Assembly: GCA_045627885.1 (NCBI GenBank)
Contig: JAZQOM010000066.1
Location: 8,673 to 72,672, forward strand
DNA length: 64,000 nucleotides
From: Eubacteriales bacterium
GTDB lineage: Bacteria > Bacillota > Clostridia > Oscillospirales > CAG-272
Direction of reading: 5' to 3'
In this document: positions 10,022 through 19,202 of the stretch, piece after piece
How the letters are laid out: every line of letters starts with the position of its first letter
Position numbering within the stretch: the first letter of the stretch is position 1
Made by a program: the position numbers and the translations under genes
The notes under the pieces: model-generated
Database searches by the model: none
Told to the model about the DNA's origin: nothing
The model's input: only the letters and a program-made list of their open reading frames with translations

Positions 10022-11473
10022 ATGAAAAAGAGATTGTTATGCACGGCTCTTGCGGCAGCGCTTGTAATATCGTGCTTTGTAATGTACGGAGTATCGGTAT
10101 CTGGCAAAAAGGCGCCGCAGAACTATATATGGGTGCTTGAAGCAAGCGGAAGCAAGGGAACGGTGCTTTCGGGCGGACGAGCCTCTGGCGTTACGGCGGA
10201 ATACGGCTTCTCCATGCGATATGCAAGCGTTACCGGCGATACGCTCTGCGACGGCGAGATTCCCACAAGATTTTTCGGCACGGCAAAGCTCACCGCAAAC
10301 TATGATTTTTCGAGCGTGCCGAAAATAGCGGCGCTTTCAAAGCAGGCGGACGCCTCTTTGATAAGCTCCGGCTTCAAATCGCATTCGGCGTATCTCACGC
10401 AGGCGGAGCTTCCGCAGTTCGAGATTTCCGGAAACGACGGAATGATGACATCCGCGCTTGACTTTCACGCGGTGGACACATACTATTACGATTCTCCCGA
10501 CCTTGTAAAAGCGCTCGGGGGTATGTCGCGCACGGGCGCTTTTGCCGGACGCACGGTTGACCACGGCTTCGGCAAGGAAAACGCCATGGTCTACATAAGC
10601 ATAGAGCCCGACGAGCTTGAAATAGGCAACAAAACAGAATTCGGCGTCAGAAAAGCGCTTGTGCTTGTCACGGTTTTCGGAAGCGAAAGCGCAAAGGACG
10701 AGTGCGATATCGAAATAACGGGAACTCTCAAAAGAGTCCCGTATTCGCCCGAAAATTTGTACGGCATTATGCTTTCGTCGACCTCTCCGCAGTTCCCGTC
10801 GCTCGAGATGAGGCCGGAGGAGGGCAGTGAAGCCGTCGGAATAGATATCGCGGTATCGAGGATAAAGGCATATCTCTCGGGCGGGCTTTATTGGCCCGAG
10901 GCGCTGCCCGCGACGATTCCCGATTTTGACGAAGCGGAAAAGATAACATCGTCGGAATTCGACGGCTCGGTATTCAAGATATCGGCGCACTGCACATGGG
11001 AGCAGTTCGAAAAATATGTAAAGCGTCTTGAAAATGCAGGCTTTGCCGCTCACGGAAACGATATTTTCTCGCCTAACTGCTACATACGGTACGAGGCGGA
11101 AAAGAAATCCGGCTCAAAGTTTGACATCACGCTGAACATAAGCCTTGCGGCGAAGTGCACATGGCTTGAGGGCTTTGATGTATTTCCCGATTTCGCGTAC
11201 GGGTGCATACTCAAAACTCCGTCGGGAGAGGGCACGCCGCTTGTTGACGATTACGCCTGGATGACGGCGCAGGCATACGGAGCGGATATCGGCTCGTTTG
11301 ACAAATACGGCTCAATTCTCAGGGAGCAGGGATATAAATACGACCTTAATTCTTACATAAAAGTTGCCGAAAACGGATACAGATACCTCTTTACGGCAAC
11401 GGAATTCAAGGACGAATTCGGCTCGGGGCTCACCTTAAGCTTCAGCATAAGCAAGGAGGGCACGAATAAATGA
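10022..11473 (+). CDS. hypothetical secreted protein (possible lipoprotein)
   Basis: N-terminal signal/anchor MKKRLLCTALAAALVISC. The gene starts 13 nt after the previous gene. I recognise no family. Confidence 0.7.
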   Translation: MKKRLLCTALAAALVISCFVMYGVSVSGKKAPQNYIWVLEASGSKGTVLSGGRASGVTAEYGFSMRYASVTGDTLCDGEIPTRFFGTAKLTANYDFSSVPKIAALSKQADASLISSGFKSHSAYLTQAELPQFEISGNDGMMTSALDFHAVDTYYYDSPDLVKALGGMSRTGAFAGRTVDHGFGKENAMVYISIEPDELEIGNKTEFGVRKALVLVTVFGSESAKDECDIEITGTLKRVPYSPENLYGIMLSSTSPQFPSLEMRPEEGSEAVGIDIAVSRIKAYLSGGLYWPEALPATIPDFDEAEKITSSEFDGSVFKISAHCTWEQFEKYVKRLENAGFAAHGNDIFSPNCYIRYEAEKKSGSKFDITLNISLAAKCTWLEGFDVFPDFAYGCILKTPSGEGTPLVDDYAWMTAQAYGADIGSFDKYGSILREQGYKYDLNSYIKVAENGYRYLFTATEFKDEFGSGLTLSFSISKEGTNK

Positions 11474-11931
11474 GGAAGATTATATTTGCCGTTTTGACGG
11501 CGATAATTCTCGCTTCGACGATTTCTGTATTTGCGGAGGGCTTTGTTCCGGAGGGCTGGAGCGACAAAGATGTTGCAAATTTCAACAGGCACTACGGCTC
11601 TGATATAGGCAAATTTTTCGGCGTAAGCGATACTGCGGGCTATACAAAGGAGCAGGTTATCGAATATTTCAATTCCCGTCCGGGAATTATTGCGCCGGGC
11701 TATGCCGTGGACGAAAACGGAATGCTCGTCGAGGAATCAAGCATAAAAAAGGACGAGCCGACGATTCCCGAACCCGGGGACGACGCAAAGGAAGCATTTA
11801 AGTACACGGAGACCGACAAGGTCGAAAAATCGGAAGAAAAGCCGTTTCCGATTGTACTTGCCGTATTACTCACGGCGGTTTTGGCGGCATCTGTCGCCGT
11901 GCTTGTCACAACAAGGAAAAAAGGCAGGTAA
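11470..11931 (+). CDS. hypothetical secreted protein with C-terminal membrane anchor
   Basis: ATGA start/stop overlap with the upstream gene. Signal peptide, an acidic Pro-rich stalk, then PFPIVLAVLLTAVLAASVAVLVTT plus RKKGR. Confidence 0.7.
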   Translation: MRKIIFAVLTAIILASTISVFAEGFVPEGWSDKDVANFNRHYGSDIGKFFGVSDTAGYTKEQVIEYFNSRPGIIAPGYAVDENGMLVEESSIKKDEPTIPEPGDDAKEAFKYTETDKVEKSEEKPFPIVLAVLLTAVLAASVAVLVTTRKKGR

Positions 11932-11979
11932 ACTGCTTAAAATATTCGCGCAAAACAGAAAGGAAGGCAAATTCACATC

Positions 11980-13866
11980 ATGGCAGAACAAACAAAAAAG
12001 GGAAGTATTTCCGTCGAAACAGAGCACATCTTCCCGATAATCAAGAAATGGCTTTATTCGGAAAAGGACATCTTTTTAAGAGAGATAGTATCAAATGCCT
12101 GCGACGCCTGCACAAAGCTCAAAAGGCTTTATTCCATGGGCGAGGCGAAGGATATTGATATTGACGGCTTTCGCATCGATGTAAAGCTTGACCGCGACGC
12201 CGGAACAATCAGCGTCACCGATAACGGAATCGGTATGAGCGCGGACGAGGTGGAAAGATACATCAATCAGATAGCGCTTTCCGGCGCTCTCGAATTTATC
12301 GAAAAATACGATGAGGGCGGAAGCGGCGACGGCATAATCGGACACTTCGGACTCGGCTTTTATTCCGCATTTATGGTATCCGACAAGGTGGAAATGCTCA
12401 CTAAGTCTTATACGGACGCTCCCGCGGTAAGCTGGGAATGCGCAAACGAGGGCAATTTCGAGATGACGGACGGGGACGCCGATGCTCCGAGAGGCACTAC
12501 CGTCACCATGTATATAAGCGATGAGGAAAAGGAATATCTCGACGCGTACAAGCTCCGCGAGATACTCAAAAAATACTGCTCATTTATGCCTGTTCCGATT
12601 TACTTTGACGACGGCGAAAAATGCGAGCACGAGCACGAGCACGAGGACGGAGAGCACTGCGAATGCGAGCACGAGCACGGCGAGGAAAAGATAAACGACA
12701 CAAATCCTTTGTGGATGAAGAATCCCTCCGAATGCACGGACGAGGAATACGGCGAATTTTACAAAAAGCTGTTCAACGACTACAAGGAGCCGCTTTTCTA
12801 CATAAGGCTGAACGCGGATTATCCGCTCAATTTCAAGGGAATACTTTACTTCCCGAAGTACACAAACGAATACGAGAATCTTGAGGGGCAGGTAAGGCTC
12901 TACTACAACCAGGTATTCGTTGCCGACAACATCAAGGAAGTAATTCCAGACTATATGATTATGCTGAAAGGCGTTCTCGACTGTCCCGAGCTTCCGCTGA
13001 ATGTATCGCGCAGCTATTTGCAGAACGACGCCTACACGCAGAAGATAGCAAAGCACATCTCCAAAAAGGTGGCGGACAAGCTTTCGGGAATGTTCGGAAC
13101 CGAGAGGGAAAACTACGAAAAGATTTGGCACGACATCAAGCCGTTTATTCTCTACGGTTCAATGCGTGACGAAAAATTTTACGAGAGAATGAAGAATTCC
13201 GTCCTGTTCAAGACCTGCGACGGAGCTCATTTGACGCTTGCCGAATACGCCGAAAAAGCAAAGGACAAATACGACGGCAAGGTGTTCTACGCGACAGACC
13301 GCACGGCGCAGTCGCAGTATATTTCGATGCTTTCAAAGCAGGGAGTAACCGTTCTCGAATTCGACACGATTATCGAGACGCAGTATGCGGAGCTCTGCGA
13401 GCAGAAGGACGCGGGCGTTAAATTCCTGCGTGTTGACGCCGAGCTTCCCGACCTTATGAAAGCGGAAGAGACCGACGGAGAAAAGCCCGACGAAGAAAAG
13501 CTCAAGACGCTTTTTGCGGGCATTCTCAGAAATGACGCGCAGATAAGCTTTGCTCCGCTCAAGGACAAAGGACTGCCGGTGATACTCACGGTATCGGAGC
13601 AAATGCGCCGTATGAACGATATGATGAAGGTTTACAGAAGCTTCGGCAAGGATTCGGGAACGCCCGACTTCCCCGAAAGCGAAGCGCTTATCGTCAACAG
13701 CTCAAGCGCGCTTATCGCGGCTCTTGCAAAAGCCGATGACGAAAAGGCGCTTCCCGTAGCAAAACAGCTTGTCGCTCTTGCGAGAATGTCGCGCCGTCCG
13801 CTTTCCGCGGATGAAGCGGCGGAATTCACAAATAGCTGCTACGAAATGTTTGCAAAATTGCTGTAA
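11980..13866 (+). CDS. htpG: molecular chaperone HtpG (Hsp90 family)
   Basis: GHKL ATPase N-terminus (EHIFPIIKKWLYSEKDIFLREIVSNACDA, DNGIGM, GHFGLGFYS). Carries an unusual His/Cys/Glu insert (see findings). Confidence 0.95.
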   Translation: MAEQTKKGSISVETEHIFPIIKKWLYSEKDIFLREIVSNACDACTKLKRLYSMGEAKDIDIDGFRIDVKLDRDAGTISVTDNGIGMSADEVERYINQIALSGALEFIEKYDEGGSGDGIIGHFGLGFYSAFMVSDKVEMLTKSYTDAPAVSWECANEGNFEMTDGDADAPRGTTVTMYISDEEKEYLDAYKLREILKKYCSFMPVPIYFDDGEKCEHEHEHEDGEHCECEHEHGEEKINDTNPLWMKNPSECTDEEYGEFYKKLFNDYKEPLFYIRLNADYPLNFKGILYFPKYTNEYENLEGQVRLYYNQVFVADNIKEVIPDYMIMLKGVLDCPELPLNVSRSYLQNDAYTQKIAKHISKKVADKLSGMFGTERENYEKIWHDIKPFILYGSMRDEKFYERMKNSVLFKTCDGAHLTLAEYAEKAKDKYDGKVFYATDRTAQSQYISMLSKQGVTVLEFDTIIETQYAELCEQKDAGVKFLRVDAELPDLMKAEETDGEKPDEEKLKTLFAGILRNDAQISFAPLKDKGLPVILTVSEQMRRMNDMMKVYRSFGKDSGTPDFPESEALIVNSSSALIAALAKADDEKALPVAKQLVALARMSRRPLSADEAAEFTNSCYEMFAKLL

Positions 13867-13871
13867 GGATT

Positions 13872-13901
13872 CAGGCAGGGACTTTTGCCCCTGCCTGTTT
13901 T
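13872..13901 (+). terminator. intrinsic terminator after htpG
   Basis: 9-bp GC-rich stem CAGGCAGGG / CCCTGCCTG with an 8-nt loop, followed by TTTT. Confidence 0.75.
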
Positions 13902-13917
13902 GAAAGGAGATACTTTT

Positions 13918-16900
13918 ATGCTCCGTCTTGTGTATTCAAAGGATGAAGCCGCCCGCACAAAGCGTATCGACGGCATAATAACAGAGCTTTGCGCAGAAGA
14001 AAAGCGCTGTTTTCTCATTGTGCCCGAAACGGCGGTGCTTGCCGCGGAAAAAAGGCTTTTCCCGGCGCTTGACGCAAAGGTCAACCTGTTTTTTGAGGTG
14101 TTGAGTTTCCGAAGACTGCCCGACCGTCTTCACAGAGAAGCGGGCGGAATGACAAACGACACGGTGAGCGAGGGCGGCAGAGCGATTTTAACCTCTCTTG
14201 CGCTTTCCGAAGTCGGCGCAGAATTAAAAAGATACGACAGAATTTATCAAAGTGAGAGCTTTGTTCTCAAAATGTCGGAATGTATCGCAAATCTCAAGTC
14301 GATGTCGATTGGAGCAGATGAGCTTGTTGAGGCAGCGGAAAAAGTGAGCGACGGCGGACTTTCCAAAAAGCTTCACGATATTTCGAGGGTATATTCCGCG
14401 TACGAGGCGCTTTTGGGAAAGAATCTCGACGACGACTCAAACAGAATGAGCTATGTGGCGGAAAAGCTCGGAGAATATCCGTTTTTTAACGGCTCTGTCG
14501 TTGTGATAGACGGCTTTGTCGGCTATACTCCCAAAGAATATGCGATAATCGGAAGGGCGCTTGCACAGGCGGACGATGTTTACATCACAATCCCATGCGA
14601 TATAAAATCAGACGGCGATATATACAAAAAGCCGCTGAAAGCGGCAGAAGCGCTTAAGCGGGAAGCAGGCAAAAAATCCGTTATCGTGGCTACACCGGAG
14701 CAACTTGAGGAAATACCGTGCGCTTTTTCAAGTCTTGCAAGAGTAAAAGCCGGGCTTTGGAGCGGCGGCAAGGACGAAGCAAAATCTCCCGACGGAAGCG
14801 TGAGACTCATCGGATGCGACACCGAGGCGGGAGAAGCCGAGGCGGCGGCGATGCTTGTGCTCGGGCTTTGCGCCGAAAACGGATACGAGATGCGCGATAT
14901 CGCCCTCTGCGTGGCAGATGCCGCATCCTACGGCGGAATAGCGGATTCCGTATTCAAGCGTCACGAAATTCCATTGTATATGTCGGTAAAATCAGATTTC
15001 GCGTCAACGCCGTTTTACAGATTCATTATGTCGAGTCTTTCCGCGGTGCAGAACGGATTTTTGTGCGACGATATGATTGCACTGCTCAAAACTTCGCTTA
15101 CCGATGTACCCGAAGAATGCGCGGACGAGCTTTGCTGTTATGCAAAAACATGGAACTTTTCGGGCAAGGCGTGGTCACCGGAGCTCGAATTTAAGCATAA
15201 CCCCGACGGATTTTCGACAAATAAGCTTTCAAAGAGGGGAGAAACGATATTAAAAAGGGCAAATCACGCAAAGCCGCTTTTGATGAATCCGCTCATATCT
15301 CTCAAAGAAAATCTTGCATCCGCTCGTAACGCCCGCGATTTCGCAAAGGCGCTGTTTTCGTATGCGGAGGAGCTCGGCATCGAGAAAAAAGAGGAAAAGA
15401 ACGCGGAATTCCTCGAAAACTGCGGCGAATACTATCTTGCAAGCTGCAAAAAACAGCTCTGGGGGCAGTTCTGCGGAGCGCTTGACTGCCTTGTGAATTT
15501 GTGCTCCGACAAAGAGCTTGATATGAATACATTTGTATTCTTGCTCAATCTTGAGCTTAAAAGCCTGCGCCTTGCGGCGATTCCCGGCTCCGTTGACGAG
15601 GTACAGATGATACCGGCGTCAAGCATATCCGGAAGCAGTCCGAAAGCGCTTATCGTGCTCGGGGCAAACGAGGGAGTGTTCCCAGAGGTTCCCGAGGAAG
15701 ACCCGTTTTTCACAAAAGAAGAGCTTTCTTTGCTTGACACGCTCGGCATTGACAGGGGAACGGATGCCTTTGACTACGGTTGCGAGCCCTTGCGGAGCTT
15801 TCAGAGCGCCGTATCGCTTCCGAGTGAGAAGCTGTTTGTACTCCGCTTGTCGTCAAAACAGCCGTCCATCGGCTTTACGAGAATAAAGTCAGTCACCGGA
15901 GAAGAGGAAGAGGACGCTTCAAAGCTCCCCGCATACGGCATAAACGCCGTTTGCGATGCCTACGCATATACCAAAAACGCACAGCTCGGCAAAAAGCTCA
16001 AGGAAAAGTTGCCCGAAAGGATATACGATTCTTTCGGCAAAAAGCTCGACGCACAAGATGCGAAAATATCCGAAAAAACCGTTGACGGCATCATCAAGGA
16101 CAAGTATTTGCTCAGCCCGTCGGCACAGGAGGAGTTTCGCCAATGTATGCTTCGCGGATGGGGCGGCAGAGTGCTGAAGCTCCGCGAAGAAAAATCCGCG
16201 CTTAAGCTCGAGGCAAACGACAGCGGCACATTCTATCACCGCGTATTCGAACAGTTTATAACGGAAATGATAAATTCCGGAAAGCCCGCATCTTCGATAA
16301 CTCCGGATATCATACGCGAAAAGCTGAAGAAATACACCGATGAATATGTAAACGAAGTTCTCGGCGGCTTTGAGGGCAAGAGTGCGAGATTTATATATCT
16401 TTTCAATCGACTGCAGAGCACGCTCGAGATGTTTTTGCGCCACATCGTCGACGATTACAGTCAGAGCAAATTCGTTCCGTGGAAAACGGAATGCAAAATA
16501 GGCGACAAGGACGGCGAGATAAAGGGACTTACCGTCACCGTCGGAGACAAAAAAGAAATAATGATAACCGGCTCTGCCGACAGAGTGGATATTTACAGAA
16601 AAAACGGCAAGGCTTATGTCAGAATCGGCGACTATAAGTCGGGCGGCAAGAAATTAAGCAAAAAAGATATCGAAAACGGATACAGCCACCAGATGCTTGC
16701 GTATCTGTTCTCTCTGTGTAAAAACGCAAAGGACGAAGAGGGCTGCGAGCTTGCCTTCGGCGGAGTAATATATTATTCCGTAAGGCGCCCCAAGCTCGAC
16801 AAAGAGGCATTCGGCATTGACGCTCAGGCGGAGCTTGACGAAGACAGCATCAAAAACGGCTTTGAAACAAACGGACTTCTGATATCCGATATTGATGTTA

Positions 16901-17151
16901 TCGAGGCTATGGAAAGCGAGCTCGACGGCAGATTTACACCGTACAAAAAAAGAAGTACCGTCAAGCCCGTCGCGGACGCAAGCGAATTCGAGCGGCTCGA
17001 AAGCATCGTTTGCGACTATATGAAAAAGCTCGCAAACGAGCTCTTCTCCGGCAATATTTCGGCAAAGCCGGACGAGGGCAGCAAGGATGCCTGCAAATAC
17101 TGCAAGCTCGAAATGTTGTGCAGATGCAAAAAAGCTGTTGACGAATATTAA
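13918..17151 (+). CDS. addB: helicase-nuclease AddAB subunit B (PD-(D/E)XK nuclease with Fe-S cluster)
   Basis: Nuclease motif GSADRVD...IGDYKSG and C-terminal Cys cluster CKYCKLEMLC. The start was moved to the ATG at 13918, which has a GAAAGGAGA RBS. The N-terminal Walker A is degenerate. Confidence 0.85.
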   Translation: MLRLVYSKDEAARTKRIDGIITELCAEEKRCFLIVPETAVLAAEKRLFPALDAKVNLFFEVLSFRRLPDRLHREAGGMTNDTVSEGGRAILTSLALSEVGAELKRYDRIYQSESFVLKMSECIANLKSMSIGADELVEAAEKVSDGGLSKKLHDISRVYSAYEALLGKNLDDDSNRMSYVAEKLGEYPFFNGSVVVIDGFVGYTPKEYAIIGRALAQADDVYITIPCDIKSDGDIYKKPLKAAEALKREAGKKSVIVATPEQLEEIPCAFSSLARVKAGLWSGGKDEAKSPDGSVRLIGCDTEAGEAEAAAMLVLGLCAENGYEMRDIALCVADAASYGGIADSVFKRHEIPLYMSVKSDFASTPFYRFIMSSLSAVQNGFLCDDMIALLKTSLTDVPEECADELCCYAKTWNFSGKAWSPELEFKHNPDGFSTNKLSKRGETILKRANHAKPLLMNPLISLKENLASARNARDFAKALFSYAEELGIEKKEEKNAEFLENCGEYYLASCKKQLWGQFCGALDCLVNLCSDKELDMNTFVFLLNLELKSLRLAAIPGSVDEVQMIPASSISGSSPKALIVLGANEGVFPEVPEEDPFFTKEELSLLDTLGIDRGTDAFDYGCEPLRSFQSAVSLPSEKLFVLRLSSKQPSIGFTRIKSVTGEEEEDASKLPAYGINAVCDAYAYTKNAQLGKKLKEKLPERIYDSFGKKLDAQDAKISEKTVDGIIKDKYLLSPSAQEEFRQCMLRGWGGRVLKLREEKSALKLEANDSGTFYHRVFEQFITEMINSGKPASSITPDIIREKLKKYTDEYVNEVLGGFEGKSARFIYLFNRLQSTLEMFLRHIVDDYSQSKFVPWKTECKIGDKDGEIKGLTVTVGDKKEIMITGSADRVDIYRKNGKAYVRIGDYKSGGKKLSKKDIENGYSHQMLAYLFSLCKNAKDEEGCELAFGGVIYYSVRRPKLDKEAFGIDAQAELDEDSIKNGFETNGLLISDIDVIEAMESELDGRFTPYKKRSTVKPVADASEFERLESIVCDYMKKLANELFSGNISAKPDEGSKDACKYCKLEMLCRCKKAVDEY

Positions 17152-17166
17152 ATCAGGTGATATAAT
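17138..17166 (+). promoter_or_regulatory. sigma-A-type promoter (extended -10) for the riboswitch-folT transcript
   Basis: TTGACG (17138-17143), a 17-nt spacer, then TGaTATAAT (17158-17166). It lies inside the 3' end of addB. Confidence 0.65.
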
Positions 17167-17177
17167 CGCGTTGTCAT

Positions 17178-17282
17178 TACAGAGTAGGTCGGTACGCGTC
17201 ACAGTGCCGCAGGGACGGGGAGTTGTCCTGCGGACGAATGAGGAATTGAATTCCTCTGCGATGTACCTTCCGCATCCCGCCG
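17178..17282 (+). promoter_or_regulatory. THF (tetrahydrofolate) riboswitch aptamer
   Basis: AGAGUAG...CGCGU...GGGAC...ACGAA...GCAUCC in the order and spacing of the THF-I (folT) motif as I recall it from the Eubacterium siraeum crystal construct. It sits upstream of a FolT gene. Confidence 0.8.
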
Positions 17283-17325
17283 GAAGACGATGCGATAATA
17301 CGGAGCTTATACCCGTATAAACTAC

Positions 17326-17363
17326 ATCCTCCTTTCAAAAGGATTCTGTTTTGAAAGGAGGAT
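17326..17363 (+). promoter_or_regulatory. RBS-sequestering hairpin (riboswitch expression platform)
   Basis: Perfect 15-bp stem ATCCTCCTTTCAAAA / TTTTGAAAGGAGGAT. The 3' arm contains the folT Shine-Dalgarno, and AUUUUUA follows. Confidence 0.75.
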
Positions 17364-17369
17364 ATTTTT

Positions 17370-18086
17370 ATGAAAAGAACAAATCAGCTGTTCAAAAGCC
17401 CGTTTGCAAAGAGCTATTTTTCTTTGAGCGTAAAGGAGCTTTACGATATTCGCTCCGTATGCCTTGCGGCGGTGCTCTGTGCATTCGCGATAGTGCTTAA
17501 GCTGTTTGATTTACAGCTTTCCGAGATAATGAAAGTGTCCTTGAGCTTCGTCCCGATAGCGCTTTGCTCTTCGCTGACGGGGCCCGCTATGGCGATACCT
17601 TGCGGAATAGTCGTCGATGTCATCGGCTACGCCGTGCATCCCACGGGGCCGTATTTTCCGGGATATACGCTTTCCGCGATACTGACTGCGCTCATTTTTG
17701 CTTTGTTTTTGTACCGCGCGAATATCGGCTTTGCGAGAATCGCCCTGTCAAAGCTATCTGTAAATGTATTGGTAAATGTGCTCATCGGTTCTTTGTGGAG
17801 AATATCTATCCAGGGAAATTTTTATACATACTATGTAATAGTTGCCTCGGTAAAGAATGCGTTTCTGTTTCCCGTAGAGGTGTTGATTCTTTGCTTTATA
17901 TTCTCGGCTCTTTCGCGCCCGATGAAGGCTTTCGGAGCCGGCAGTGCGTACAACGGAAAAATAGAAGCAAAGCATATTGTGATTCTTGTAGCGGCGGCGG
18001 TGTTAAGTGCCGCGTCCGTAATACTGTTTACGCTTTACTACAACGACATACTTGAGTATGTTAAGGGAGTTATCTCTCACCCGTGA
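17370..18086 (+). CDS. folT: ECF transporter S component, folate family (FolT)
   Basis: 238-aa polytopic membrane protein. The family call rests on this architecture and the THF riboswitch directly upstream, plus a family-like N-terminus. Confidence 0.8.
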   Translation: MKRTNQLFKSPFAKSYFSLSVKELYDIRSVCLAAVLCAFAIVLKLFDLQLSEIMKVSLSFVPIALCSSLTGPAMAIPCGIVVDVIGYAVHPTGPYFPGYTLSAILTALIFALFLYRANIGFARIALSKLSVNVLVNVLIGSLWRISIQGNFYTYYVIVASVKNAFLFPVEVLILCFIFSALSRPMKAFGAGSAYNGKIEAKHIVILVAAAVLSAASVILFTLYYNDILEYVKGVISHP

Positions 18087-18172
18087 GCCGCATGACAATT
18101 TGTGCAATACTTTGTCGCGTGCGTCGCGCTTCGCGTCTTGCAGTGTTCTAATGCGGCTTTATTCACCGCAAA

Positions 18173-19087
18173 TTACGCCTCGCCGTTTTTATCCGCAAGG
18201 TACGCCTTTATCTGAGGCTTTATCCAATATGTAAATTCCGTGTGCGGCATTCTCTTTTCGTGCGGCAAAAGCTTTTCGTATGCCGCCGCTCCGTCTACCG
18301 CGCCCTCCCAGATATCCGCAAAGCAAAAATCATAGCTGCCGTCTTCCACGGCTTTCATAAATTCAAAAGCGTCGGCGCGGACAACATTTATCTTTTCCTT
18401 TTTCTCAAAAAGCGGAAGCAGAGTTTCTTCAAAAACATCCGCAATCTCATTCGATATTTCCACAACTGTTATGCTTTCAACCTTCTCCGACAACGATATC
18501 GCATAAGGATAATATCCGAGCCCGAGACCGAGCACAAGCACTTTTCCGAAAGCTTTTTGTATCTGCTCTCGCATAGAATTTATCTCCGAGGGGCAAACGC
18601 TCACCCACGGAATTCTATTTTCGTAAAGCGCGGGAAAGCTAACCTTTTTTGTAAAAAATCCGAGCTTCGGAGTGACGAGTCTTCCGTCAAAATCGGGCAT
18701 ATCGTATTGGAATATCTCGCCTTTCTCGTACGATGCGTGAGTAAGCAGAATATCGCCTTTCTTTTTATCCTCAAACGCAAGGCGCATATACGGATTGCTT
18801 TCGAACTCGCTTGCGTCGAGCTTTTTTGCGTTACGGAACAGCTCGAGAATATAGTCGCCCTCCGCGATATCGCCGAGCGAAAGCTCCGTGCAAAATCTTC
18901 TTATCACATAGAAAAGCTCGAAGTCATCGCCCATAAGTCCCATATCGCGCATTTCTTTTATGTCTTCGTCGGAGAATTCCGCTCTTGCGTCACTCAGCTC
19001 TTGCTCCGAATAGCTTATGCACGGAAAATCCTCGGCTATAATTTTGCCGAGCGCCGCGCTTATCTGCATAGATTCTTCTTTTGTCAT
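18173..19087 (-). CDS. class I SAM-dependent methyltransferase / spermidine-synthase-like fold protein
   Basis: Rossmann-like VLVLGLGLGYY ... VVEIS ... RADAFEF ... FADIW in the C-terminal half. The N-terminal half is unassigned. Confidence 0.5.
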   Translation of the reverse strand: MTKEESMQISAALGKIIAEDFPCISYSEQELSDARAEFSDEDIKEMRDMGLMGDDFELFYVIRRFCTELSLGDIAEGDYILELFRNAKKLDASEFESNPYMRLAFEDKKKGDILLTHASYEKGEIFQYDMPDFDGRLVTPKLGFFTKKVSFPALYENRIPWVSVCPSEINSMREQIQKAFGKVLVLGLGLGYYPYAISLSEKVESITVVEISNEIADVFEETLLPLFEKKEKINVVRADAFEFMKAVEDGSYDFCFADIWEGAVDGAAAYEKLLPHEKRMPHTEFTYWIKPQIKAYLADKNGEA

Positions 19088-19146
19088 AATGCCACTTCCT
19101 CTTAAAAGAGCATATCATAAATTGCGGAAGAATTCAACCGCAAGCG

Positions 19147-19175
19147 TTGACTTTGACGGCTCGTTGTGCTAAAAT
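19147..19175 (+). promoter_or_regulatory. sigma-A-type promoter for the MFS transporter gene
   Basis: TTGACT, a 17-nt spacer, then TGcTAAAAT. Confidence 0.55.
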
Positions 19176-19202
19176 TTCTGTCGGAAAGGGGGAGAAGGTC
19201 GT

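Noticed and set aside
12622-12687. (GAGCAC)n repeat, considered as a frameshift-prone pseudogene signature in htpG.
   Set aside because: The reading frame is intact through the repeat, and conserved HtpG sequence continues on both sides.
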